Part shown: piece after piece, positions 11,337 to 19,626 of the stretch
Position numbering within the stretch: position 1 is the first letter of the stretch
Layout: the number at the start of each line of letters is the position of its first letter
Source of the DNA: an uncultured Bacilli bacterium
Lineage (GTDB): Bacteria; Bacillota_I; Bacilli_A; RFN20; CAG-826
DNA length: 64,000 nt
Direction of reading: 5' to 3'
NCBI GenBank assembly: GCA_905236395.1
Contig: CAJOPR010000058.1
Coordinates: 2,515 to 66,514, forward strand
The notes under the pieces: model-generated
Told to the model about the DNA's origin: nothing
Databases searched by the model: none
What the model saw: the letters and a program-made list of their open reading frames with translations, nothing else
Translations under genes and position numbers: made by a program

Positions 11337-11561
11337 ATGGACGCAATCGAAACAGTCAAATCAATTCTCGCAGAGAAAGTTGATGTCTCTTCATTAAATG
11401 AAAACGATTCCTTAACCAGCCTTGGTTTAGATTCTCTAGACTTAGTGGAAGTTATGCTTTCTATCGAAGATAGATTGGGCATTGAATTCACCAGTGAAGA
11501 AATCGCTTCATTATCAACCTTAAAAGACGTTGTTAAATTAATAGAAGCAAAAACCAAATAA
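11337..11561 (+). CDS. acpP: Acyl carrier protein
   Basis: LGLDSLDLVEVM phosphopantetheine-attachment motif. 74 aa. RBS ggaga. Confidence 0.85.
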   Translation: MDAIETVKSILAEKVDVSSLNENDSLTSLGLDSLDLVEVMLSIEDRLGIEFTSEEIASLSTLKDVVKLIEAKTK

Positions 11562-11626
11562 ATCTTGTTAAAGAATTATTGTTTGTGATAATATCTTTCT
11601 TGCGCTAAGCGCATCCGAGGTTCATT

Positions 11627-11702
11627 GCCTACCTAGCTCAGTCGGTAGAGCTATCGGCTGTTAACCGATCGGTCGTAGGTTCGAGTCCTACGGTAGGCGC
11701 CA
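11627..11702 (+). tRNA. tRNA-Asn (GTT)
   Basis: Hand-folded cloverleaf: acceptor gcctacc/ggtaggc, anticodon loop ctGTTaa, T-loop ttcgagt, encoded CCA. Confidence 0.9.
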
Positions 11703-11705
11703 TCT

Positions 11706-11782
11706 GGCCCATTGGAGAAGTGGCTTAACTCACATGCCTTTCACGCATGCATTCATGGGTTCGAATCCCGTATGGGTCACCA
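11706..11782 (+). tRNA. tRNA-Glu (TTC)
   Basis: Acceptor ggcccat/atgggtc, anticodon loop ctTTCac, T-loop ttcgaat, encoded CCA. Confidence 0.9.
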
Positions 11783-11887
11783 ACTCGGATATAAAGGATT
11801 GATGAAAGTCAGTCCTTTTTCTTTAGAAAAGTGTTAAAAAAATGTTTACATCAACATTCCAAAATTGTATATTATAGTTGCCAATGG

Positions 11888-11978
11888 GAAGGCATTAAAA
11901 TATCCCCGAGATTGGTCGGAACAGAGACTTAAAACCTGTTCGCGCGGTGGTGACGCACCTAAAAACGTTTTTTTCTTA
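11888..11978 (+). ncRNA. Candidate small RNA 1 (about 90 nt) bounded by a sigma-A-like promoter (TTTACA-17-TATATTAT) and an aaaaacg/cgttttt terminator hairpin
   Basis: Promoter consensus at 11848-11880. Self-complementary aaaaacgttttttt at the 3' end. No ORF with an RBS. Confidence 0.3.
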
Positions 11979-12179
11979 CTATGATGTTCAAAGAATCTAT
12001 CCAACAAAAGCTAATTATTGCCGCTAAAGAGTACTCAAAGCTCGTTGGTGTTAACTTTGTTAAACAGAAATCAAATTTCAGAAGAAAAAGGAATAAGAAA
12101 TTGCACAATTGTCAAGATCTCCAAATAGAAATTAGATAGATTGATTTACTTGAAATTAATGAATGATATAATTTACTTG

Positions 12180-12296
12180 TCAAAGGTGGAAAGTCGGTGT
12201 TCGACCACGGCGCATTTCTCCGGAAATGGATGTCAGCGATTCAGGATTCACCGCCCTGTTTGATAAATAGCATCTCGTTTGAGATGTTTTATTTTT
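12180..12296 (+). ncRNA. Candidate small RNA 2 or structured 5' leader (about 115 nt) ending in the terminator catctc-gtttga-gatg + T-run
   Basis: Promoter TTGAAA-N17-GATATAAT at 12148-12176. GC-rich paired segments (ggtgg...ccgcc, gtcggtg...cgaccac). Terminator 12268-12296 lies immediately before the hydrolase gene. Confidence 0.3.
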
Positions 12297-12316
12297 AATT
12301 TATAATAGGAAAAAGT

Positions 12317-13399
12317 ATGGAAAAGCATAAAAAGATAATCATGAATGTCTCGCACGCGATGATATCGGCGCTTGTCACCTATTTTATTAGTGGTGTCGTT
12401 GCGGTTTCTATTGTAAATAGCTTGGTCGTAGATGTGAGAGGCAGCACATTAGATTCTCTTAGTAGTGAGGAGTGCAAAACTCAATACATTAGGAAAGACT
12501 ATGCTTCCATGTCTGAAAGAGAAGAGATTCCTTTCAAATGTCATAATGAAACATTAATGGGATATTTATATCAAGCGAGCAATCCACACGGTGTTATTAT
12601 CTGCGCGCATGGTGTTGGCTCTCTTGCGGATTCCAATAACGCTCAATACGAAAATTACTTTATAAACCAAGGTTGGGATGTCTTTGCTATTGATATGACA
12701 GCCTGTGGTCAAAGCACCGGAAAAGGGATGAAGACCCTTCATGAATCTAAATTTTGCGTCAAATATGCTATAGAAACCGTTTCTAAGCATCAAATGACCA
12801 AGGGATTACCAATTTATCTTATCGGACATTCCTGGGGCGGATATGGCGTAATAGCGGGCTCTGATAAGACAGATGTGAAAGCGGTGGTGTCCTTTGCCGC
12901 TTACGATACCCCGGCTGGGATGATGTATTCCTTTGCGGAAGCTCGCGCAGGAGCGATTGTTAGCTTATCTAAACCAGGCTTTGATTTTGCTTTAACTGCG
13001 TTCTATGGAAACGAATCCTATGTTGCCGCAAGTGATGTTATTAAAAGAAATAGAGATATTAAGTACTATGTTGTTCAAGGTGACGTGGATAACACAGTTA
13101 TATTAAAGAACTATTCAGTTTACGATCATGTCTACGACAAGGAGTTTAAAAACACTAAATCAGTGCTTTTAGAGGGCATCGGTCATAGCTCTCCTTGGAA
13201 GAGTAAAGAAGCGCATGATTATTACGCTTCCTATATTGAACCAGGATTAGAGGATTTGCATAAACAGTATGGTAAAACCATACCAGAAGATAAATTAGGC
13301 GCTTTCGTGGCCACGATAGATAAAGAAAAGTCCAGCGAACTGAACTTATCTTTAATGAATGACATTAATAGTTATTTCTTAGCTCTTGTTAACGAATAA
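12317..13399 (+). CDS. Alpha/beta hydrolase with an N-terminal membrane anchor (GHSWGG nucleophile elbow)
   Basis: GxSxG motif and alpha/beta-fold pattern. Confidence 0.6.
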   Translation: MEKHKKIIMNVSHAMISALVTYFISGVVAVSIVNSLVVDVRGSTLDSLSSEECKTQYIRKDYASMSEREEIPFKCHNETLMGYLYQASNPHGVIICAHGVGSLADSNNAQYENYFINQGWDVFAIDMTACGQSTGKGMKTLHESKFCVKYAIETVSKHQMTKGLPIYLIGHSWGGYGVIAGSDKTDVKAVVSFAAYDTPAGMMYSFAEARAGAIVSLSKPGFDFALTAFYGNESYVAASDVIKRNRDIKYYVVQGDVDNTVILKNYSVYDHVYDKEFKNTKSVLLEGIGHSSPWKSKEAHDYYASYIEPGLEDLHKQYGKTIPEDKLGAFVATIDKEKSSELNLSLMNDINSYFLALVNE

Positions 13400-14259
13400 G
13401 CTGCGTAGTGTTTTGAGTGGCGTTTTTCCATTGGGAGGGGGTCATACATGACTCCATCTTTTTCTTTTTTAAGTCCTTTTTCTCCATAACGGATACGACA
13501 GAACCCCTCTAAGTTATTAAAGGAATAAATTTTGTGCCCACAGAAGTCATATTCTTTGAATGGATAGATAACTTCTCTAGGGAAGGAAAGAGATTCCTTA
13601 TCCACACCCCAATCCTGAAAAGGAATAATAACGGTTTGAGACACTTTTTTACTATCTTTATATTTCTCAGCGACTTGTCTTTCAAACTCTTTGAGTTTCT
13701 TTTTCATGTGATAGAGATGAATTCTTAAATATCCATCAAAGAAGACATAGATCGGCATTCTTCTTTTTGAATACTTAATTAATTTAAGGTGTTCTTCATA
13801 GTTTTCTGGAACTCCCATAAAGGCAACGATATCCACAAAGATGCCATCTCCATTTTTGCATCTATTCGGCAGATGTGCATGGTTGATTTCTTTGATGTAG
13901 GAATTCTTATATCTGATTTTAAATGTAGGAATTAAGACGTTATATCTTTTGTTATCTTCGTAGCAGTCGAAGGAGAACTCATCAGAGAGATCTTCTTTTA
14001 ATGCTTTGACTAATCTTGGAACATCAAAGTAATCGATAGCGATATCCATATCATCATCCCAAGGGATGTAATCACCGTAATTATACAAGCCTAAAGCACT
14101 GCCAAAGGCTAAAGCATAACCGATGTTGTGCTTGCGGCAGATTCTATCTAGTTCCAGAACCATCTTCAAAAGAATAGGATGAACTTCACGAGTGTCGTGG
14201 TGGACTCCATCAATATCTTTGCCTAAATCATACGGATTGTTATCAACTACGTAGCGCAT
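13372..14259 (-). CDS. LicD-family phosphotransferase (choline/phosphocholine transfer to surface glycans)
   Basis: LAFGSALGLYNYGDYIPWDDDMDIAI matches the LicD nucleotidyltransferase-fold signature. Confidence 0.65.
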   Translation of the reverse strand: MRYVVDNNPYDLGKDIDGVHHDTREVHPILLKMVLELDRICRKHNIGYALAFGSALGLYNYGDYIPWDDDMDIAIDYFDVPRLVKALKEDLSDEFSFDCYEDNKRYNVLIPTFKIRYKNSYIKEINHAHLPNRCKNGDGIFVDIVAFMGVPENYEEHLKLIKYSKRRMPIYVFFDGYLRIHLYHMKKKLKEFERQVAEKYKDSKKVSQTVIIPFQDWGVDKESLSFPREVIYPFKEYDFCGHKIYSFNNLEGFCRIRYGEKGLKKEKDGVMYDPLPMEKRHSKHYAAYSLTRAKK

Positions 14260-14316
14260 AATTCTTACTTATTATAATAATGTAAAACCTTTTGGGTTAT
14301 AATTATTTTCGTAATT

Positions 14317-14775
14317 ATGGATGAAACAGTTCTCATATATTTAGAAAGAGATGGTTCCTATTTAATGCTATATAGGAACAAGAGAGAAAATGATTTAAAC
14401 CAGGGCAAATATGTCGGCATTGGTGGTCACCTTGAAAAGGGTGAAACTAAAGAAGCCGCACTCATCAGAGAAGTGAGAGAGGAAACCGGTTTAATCCTCC
14501 GTGATTTTAAATATCGTGGTGACTTGGTTTTCATCAACGATGACTATCAAGAAATCATGTATTTATACACCTCAGATAACTTCTCTGGCTCCCTCAAGGA
14601 GTGTGATGAAGGCGAATTAATGTGGGTCAAAAAAGATAATTTATTATCTTTAAACCTATGGGAGGGAGACAGAGTCTTCTTACCGTTACTCATGAACACA
14701 GATAAGTTTTTAAAGATGAAATTGATATATTCCAAAGACCAGTTAGTCCAAGTGATAGATGAAAGTGAGGAATAG
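14317..14775 (+). CDS. NUDIX hydrolase (MutT-like)
   Basis: Nudix box GGHLEKGETKEAALIREVREETGL. Confidence 0.75.
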   Translation: MDETVLIYLERDGSYLMLYRNKRENDLNQGKYVGIGGHLEKGETKEAALIREVREETGLILRDFKYRGDLVFINDDYQEIMYLYTSDNFSGSLKECDEGELMWVKKDNLLSLNLWEGDRVFLPLLMNTDKFLKMKLIYSKDQLVQVIDESEE

Positions 14776-14777
14776 GT

Positions 14778-15671
14778 ATGAAAGCTAACATATTTGTAGT
14801 TAATTATTTAAAGCACTACTCAGAAGTAGAGTCCAAAAAGAGAAGAAAAAAGTACCCACCACATGGTATCTACGAAGAAATGCTAGATATTCCTTATATC
14901 GATGACGGTTTGTACCACCACAAATTTGATGTCTATCATGGAACCGAACCAAGAAAGAAATGTTGTATTATCGATATCCATGGTGGAGCTTATATCTTTG
15001 GTTATCACCAAGATCAATATGTCTTTGCCGACAAATTCTTAAAGCATGGATATGACTGGGTCAGCATAGATTATCGTATGAATAACGGCAAGATGTCGAT
15101 CATGGATCAAGTGGATGATATTGTTAATAATTTAAAGTATGTTTATTCCCATTTAAAAGAGTTGGGATTAGAAGGTGATAACTTTGTTATTACTGGCGAT
15201 TCTGCAGGTGGCCATTTTGCTTTATCAATGACAGAGATGTTATTAGATAAAGAGTACGCAAAAGAAGTTGGTTATGAGATGCCAGATATCAAGCCAATTG
15301 CTGTCCTAGCGAACTGCCCAGTTTATAACTTCTCCCATATGGGTGAAGGTGTCTTAACCAACTTAGCGATGAAGAGAATGTTTGGGCCTAGTTATAAAAA
15401 TAAAAAGATGTTTGAACTGTTATGTCCTCAAACACATTTAGATTCCCTTACATGTCCAGTGTTTGTATCTACATGTAAAAAAGACTTTATCCGTATCTAT
15501 TCCGAACTATTAACGAAGGATATGGAAGGTAGAAAGAATCTCTTTGAGATTGTTGATATCGATAGTGACAATAAACGCGTGGGCCACGTCCATAACGTCA
15601 TCGATGTCAATTTACCAGAAAGTGAACAAGTCAATGACGCGATGAGGGCGTTCATAGAGAAATGCTTATGA
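14778..15671 (+). CDS. Alpha/beta hydrolase, esterase/lipase (HSL-type GDSAGG)
   Basis: HGGAY oxyanion motif and GDSAGGHFA nucleophile motif. Confidence 0.65.
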   Translation: MKANIFVVNYLKHYSEVESKKRRKKYPPHGIYEEMLDIPYIDDGLYHHKFDVYHGTEPRKKCCIIDIHGGAYIFGYHQDQYVFADKFLKHGYDWVSIDYRMNNGKMSIMDQVDDIVNNLKYVYSHLKELGLEGDNFVITGDSAGGHFALSMTEMLLDKEYAKEVGYEMPDIKPIAVLANCPVYNFSHMGEGVLTNLAMKRMFGPSYKNKKMFELLCPQTHLDSLTCPVFVSTCKKDFIRIYSELLTKDMEGRKNLFEIVDIDSDNKRVGHVHNVIDVNLPESEQVNDAMRAFIEKCL

Positions 15672-16441
15672 GTGAATACGAATTAAGCCATCAAAAGAAC
15701 ATTAGAGACTTAGGTGGAATGACCACTGGTAGTGGGAAGACCATTAAATATGGTCGTCTCTTTAGAGGTGGGCTTATTAATAAGGTCACTTTAGAAGACA
15801 TTGAAGTAGTGGATTCTTTCCATCTCACTGATATGGTGGATTTCCGTTCTAGTGATGAATATAACGATAGACCAGATTATCGTTTTAAAGGTGTCACATT
15901 CCATAACTTCTCAACCTTTGAATCTGATTTAAAAAAGGAAGAACAAAGACATGAAGACGGAAACCTTTTATGGTTTATCGATAAAGGTAATGATGGCCAC
16001 AAACACTTAGCGAAAACATATAAACAACTAGTGGATACACCTGATGGAATAAAAGCCTACAAACAATTCTTTAAGCTTTTGCTTAGCGATGATAAAAGAG
16101 TGGTGTATTTCCATTGCTCACAAGGTAAAGATCGAGCGGGTGTTGCAGCGTTCCTACTAGAACTCGCCCTAGGTGTTTCATTGGAAGATGCGATTGATGA
16201 CTATATGTTATCCAACAAAGCGATGGCGATACGTTTGAAAAATCTCATGAAACTTGTGGAAGATAAGCCGTTCTTTGATGAACAATATCGTCAATCTATG
16301 TACGATGTCTTTTCCGCAAAGAAGGAATACATTCAAGAAGTCATTGATATAGTTAATGAGAAATACGGGGGGTTTGATAAGTATTTCAAAGATGTTTTAG
16401 AGATTGATGTTGATAAATTAAAAGCAATATATTTAGAATAA
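15662..16441 (+). CDS. Protein tyrosine/serine phosphatase (CX5R P-loop HCSQGKDRAG)
   Basis: CX5R catalytic loop. Size and pattern of bacterial tyrosine-protein phosphatases. Confidence 0.7.
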   Translation: MLMSEYELSHQKNIRDLGGMTTGSGKTIKYGRLFRGGLINKVTLEDIEVVDSFHLTDMVDFRSSDEYNDRPDYRFKGVTFHNFSTFESDLKKEEQRHEDGNLLWFIDKGNDGHKHLAKTYKQLVDTPDGIKAYKQFFKLLLSDDKRVVYFHCSQGKDRAGVAAFLLELALGVSLEDAIDDYMLSNKAMAIRLKNLMKLVEDKPFFDEQYRQSMYDVFSAKKEYIQEVIDIVNEKYGGFDKYFKDVLEIDVDKLKAIYLE

Positions 16442-16461
16442 ATAAGCGGAGAAATTTAGTT

Positions 16462-16884
16462 ATGTTACTTGATGAATTAAAGAAAGCCAATTTACAAGCT
16501 ATGAAAGATAAGGATAAAGATGCGAGAAGCGTCTTGTCTGTGGTCTTAACAAAATGCCAATTATTAATCGTGGAAGCTAACGCTAGTGGAAAACCATTTG
16601 AAGATCCACAAGTATTAGAAGTCATCCAAAAAGTTCTAAAAGAACTATCTGATGAAAAAGAAGGATATTCCAAAGTTGGTAATGCCGAAAGAGTGGCTTC
16701 TATCGCACATCAAGAAGAAGTGATTAAAGCCTATCTCCCAAAGCAATTAACCAGAGAAGAAATCATTGAAGAGATTAACAAGTTAGAAGACAAGTCCATG
16801 CCTAGTGTCATGAAGCACTTCAAAGCAAATTTCGCTGGCAAAGTGGATATGTCTCTTGTCAGTCAGATAGCTCGTGGTTTATAA
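16462..16884 (+). CDS. GatB/YqeY domain protein
   Basis: N-terminal LLDELKKANLQAMKDKDKDARSVLSVV pattern typical of YqeY. Confidence 0.65.
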   Translation: MLLDELKKANLQAMKDKDKDARSVLSVVLTKCQLLIVEANASGKPFEDPQVLEVIQKVLKELSDEKEGYSKVGNAERVASIAHQEEVIKAYLPKQLTREEIIEEINKLEDKSMPSVMKHFKANFAGKVDMSLVSQIARGL

Positions 16885-16905
16885 TTGCTAGGCGTCATAG
16901 CCTAT

Positions 16906-16979
16906 AGGGGTGTAGCACAATGGCAGTGCAACGGTCTCCAAAACCGCTGATGCGAGTTCGATTCTTGTCACCCCTGCCA
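16906..16979 (+). tRNA. tRNA-Trp (CCA anticodon)
   Basis: Acceptor aggggtg/cacccct, anticodon loop ctCCAaa, T-loop ttcgatt, encoded CCA. Confidence 0.85.
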
Positions 16980-16991
16980 TCTAAACAAAAT

Positions 16992-17020
16992 TGCTCTAAT
17001 ACATTATTAGGGCTTTTTTA
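16992..17020 (+). terminator. Terminator after tRNA-Trp
   Basis: gctctaata..tattagggc hairpin + tttttt. Confidence 0.5.
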
Positions 17021-17047
17021 TTGCCTAAATGGGGCAATAACTAAAAT

Positions 17048-17076
17048 AAAAAGGGGCTTTTAAAAGCTCCTTTTTC
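17048..17076 (-). terminator. Terminator of the amylase gene (minus strand)
   Basis: aggggctttt/aaaagctcct hairpin flanked by A/T runs, immediately 3' of the minus-strand stop. Confidence 0.5.
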
Positions 17077-18894
17077 TTATGATGTTTTCCAGACAATATC
17101 AGAATAATTAATTATTTGTTGTGTGCTGTAGTATTTTAAATCATTTGTTTGCCTAATGAAGTATTGGTTGCTCCAATAAATGTTACTTGCATTAGCGTCT
17201 GAAGTGCCTTCAATAATGATGTAGTTTTCATTATTATTTAGCTTAACACCCAATCCATCTTTATCTTTACTGAAGGCCATGAAGCTTCCATTTTGTCCAT
17301 CCATCCAGTGATAGGCGAAGTACTTCTTTGTGGAGTTGGTGCCTAACAATACAACACTTGATGTATATGACTCACTTTCTTCTGGAATAGGAATATCTGT
17401 AGCTAAGAAGGATGGGACTAATAAGGCACAACCATTTGTTAATGCGATGTTAGTGGAACCATTAATTGTGTATTCAGTTCCAGTAACGATATCCGTGTAT
17501 TTTTGGTTAGCTAATCCAGAAATGTTTAGATTAACTGAATTACGTGTGTCGGTATCTACGATAACCGCACCGGCATAATTACCAGCACCTCTAAGATTGA
17601 TATAGCAACTATTGTTAATTGATCTATTCTCTGCCTTTTCGTTATAGAGGCGGTGGAAGTAGTTAGAGGCCACAACTTCTTTATCTAACCAACCAGCTTC
17701 GCTGATGGAACAGATTTGACTTGTCCATGAATCTGGTCTAGCTAAATACAAACTAGCAGCGTCTTTTCTGGTGTTTTGTATAACGAACGCTTTATTAACA
17801 TTTTCTTGAGAGATATCTGTGGTCTCTTTTTCATCGTTAGCGTAAGTATCATGAGATTCCGCCCAGAGGACCAATTTGGTTGGATCGACACCAGTTGGAT
17901 AATTGCTCATTAAATTGTTGGTTGTTTCATTATCGATCGCGGTGATAACACGTTGTCCAGATACATTATCAGTAATGGACATATATGGTGTATAGGAAGA
18001 AAATTTTCTTCCTTGACCACATTGATAGAGTATTTCTCCGTAGTAGTATGGTGTATATCCCTTAGATGATTGAGCGTAGCTCGTACATGCACCTAACACT
18101 GTGGGCCAGAAGTTAGAAGCGTATGTACCATCGTCAGGTGTTTCAATGTGTTTCGCGGTATCGAATCTAAAACCCTTAATACCGCAGTCGATATATTCCT
18201 TGAGCATATTGCTCACAGCAGTTTGAACTTGAGTAGTGGATGTATCGACATCTGGTAGACCACCGACACGACCTTGAACTGTCGCTTGAGCGGAGTTATC
18301 GTCTGTGTTCCCGTTATAAGTATGAAGTGGGTATTGTGTATAGACCTGTGAGTTATAAACGCCATTACTACCAGAGAGGTGGTTGGACACGATATCCACG
18401 ATAATATTGATGTTGTATTTTTTGGCCTCAGTACATAAGGAAGTAAGCTCATCTTTTGTACCTAAAAAATTCTCATTATTTCCCGCAACTTTGAAGTCTA
18501 ATGGTTGATATAATTTCCACCATTGAGATTTAGTGCTTTGATCAGCGTAATTGGTCTTATCAACCTTTGGTTGCATTGGAGAAATTTGAATGCTTTTATA
18601 TCCAGCATCATCTATCTGTTTTAATCTTGATTTGATGTCATTTAATTTCCAGTTCCAAGCATGCAAAATAGTGGTGTCTTGGATGGACTTAATTGGTCTA
18701 TTGTAATCAGTGTCTTCCTGACCTTCTGAACTAGATGAACTGGATCCACTTGAACTCTCAGAAGAAGACTGGCTTCCTGAAGAGGAACTATCAGAATTAC
18801 TAGATGCATCTCTGGAAGTGGTGCATCCCATTAATAACAAACAAACCGCTGTTAAGAGCAATAGTTTTGATTTCATGAGACTATTATGATACAT
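17077..18894 (-). CDS. Alpha-amylase family (GH13) lipoprotein with a Ser-rich linker
   Basis: Lipobox LLLMGC. GH13 regions DIVSNH, GFRFDTAKH, WAESHD. Ser-rich low-complexity segment after the lipobox. Confidence 0.8.
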   Translation of the reverse strand: MYHNSLMKSKLLLLTAVCLLLMGCTTSRDASSNSDSSSSGSQSSSESSSGSSSSSSEGQEDTDYNRPIKSIQDTTILHAWNWKLNDIKSRLKQIDDAGYKSIQISPMQPKVDKTNYADQSTKSQWWKLYQPLDFKVAGNNENFLGTKDELTSLCTEAKKYNINIIVDIVSNHLSGSNGVYNSQVYTQYPLHTYNGNTDDNSAQATVQGRVGGLPDVDTSTTQVQTAVSNMLKEYIDCGIKGFRFDTAKHIETPDDGTYASNFWPTVLGACTSYAQSSKGYTPYYYGEILYQCGQGRKFSSYTPYMSITDNVSGQRVITAIDNETTNNLMSNYPTGVDPTKLVLWAESHDTYANDEKETTDISQENVNKAFVIQNTRKDAASLYLARPDSWTSQICSISEAGWLDKEVVASNYFHRLYNEKAENRSINNSCYINLRGAGNYAGAVIVDTDTRNSVNLNISGLANQKYTDIVTGTEYTINGSTNIALTNGCALLVPSFLATDIPIPEESESYTSSVVLLGTNSTKKYFAYHWMDGQNGSFMAFSKDKDGLGVKLNNNENYIIIEGTSDANASNIYWSNQYFIRQTNDLKYYSTQQIINYSDIVWKTS

Positions 18895-18950
18895 ATTCCT
18901 AACTTTTAAAAGTTTACCCTTTTAGTAATGTGTTGTAAGATAAGGGTGAT

Positions 18951-19508
18951 ATGGAAGCACCTGTCGCTATAGAAAACAAACCAGTCGTTTCACGCTATGA
19001 GAAGATTGCTAAGATTATTTCATTAGTTATTTTCCCATTGGTCTTTGTCGCTTTATTAGGCGCGATTATTGGTGATATCGCAGTGTTTGCTATGAACATC
19101 ATCTATTTCTTTGTAGCTTGTATAGCTGCAGTTGGCGCGTTTATTATTGGTTTCTTCTTGATGCTTATTTCTATCATCTTAATTTTTGGTGTTTATCTCC
19201 TAGAAGAGTATGGTTTCTGGCCAGTAGAATGGGCTACTAAAGGGTTCTCGGAAGTTATGGCGGACAACAAAGTTGCACCAGGACAAGTAATGGTTTTAGT
19301 CATTATTCGTATAGTCTTAATTGTTCTATGCGTATTGATTCTTGCTTCAGCAATTGTCGCTTTAGTGTTTGCTAAGAAAGCGCAAAAAGAGAATCCAGAA
19401 AGAAAACAAAGAAGAACAAAAGCCTTTAGTATTGTGGCTATAATCCTATCAGTTTTAGGTTTATTTGCCGCAGCAGTTTTAATTCTCTTACTAGTGTTGT
19501 TGTTCTGA
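18951..19508 (+). CDS. Hypothetical polytopic membrane protein (185 aa)
   Basis: 4 hydrophobic helices and a basic cytoplasmic loop. No motifs recognised. Confidence 0.4.
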   Translation: MEAPVAIENKPVVSRYEKIAKIISLVIFPLVFVALLGAIIGDIAVFAMNIIYFFVACIAAVGAFIIGFFLMLISIILIFGVYLLEEYGFWPVEWATKGFSEVMADNKVAPGQVMVLVIIRIVLIVLCVLILASAIVALVFAKKAQKENPERKQRRTKAFSIVAIILSVLGLFAAAVLILLLVLLF

Positions 19509-19626
19509 CCTAACTAATAATTATCATGTGTAACAAATGTGTGAGAAAAGTCACACATTTTTTTCATTTGTTTGCCTTATACACACATACGGATATACAA
19601 TAAACGAGATTTTTGGAGAGACAATT

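Noticed and set aside
11981-12139. 52-aa Lys/Arg-rich ORF between the two candidate sRNAs
   Set aside because: No RBS. It starts inside a terminator-like A/T run and its composition simply reflects AT-rich sequence. More likely non-coding.
11830-12316. Possible RNase P RNA, SRP RNA or tmRNA in the long gap after the tRNAs
   Set aside because: GGAAAGUCgg resembles the RNase P CR-I motif, but CR-IV/CR-V (GGGUGAAA, ACAGAA..GGCUUA), the SRP helix-8 GGAAGCAGC motif and a tmRNA tRNA-like 3' end are all absent. The unit is also too short.
17330-18452. Several 60-82 aa + and - strand ORFs inside the amylase gene
   Set aside because: They overlap a gene with clear GH13 motifs on the minus strand. 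No independent signals.
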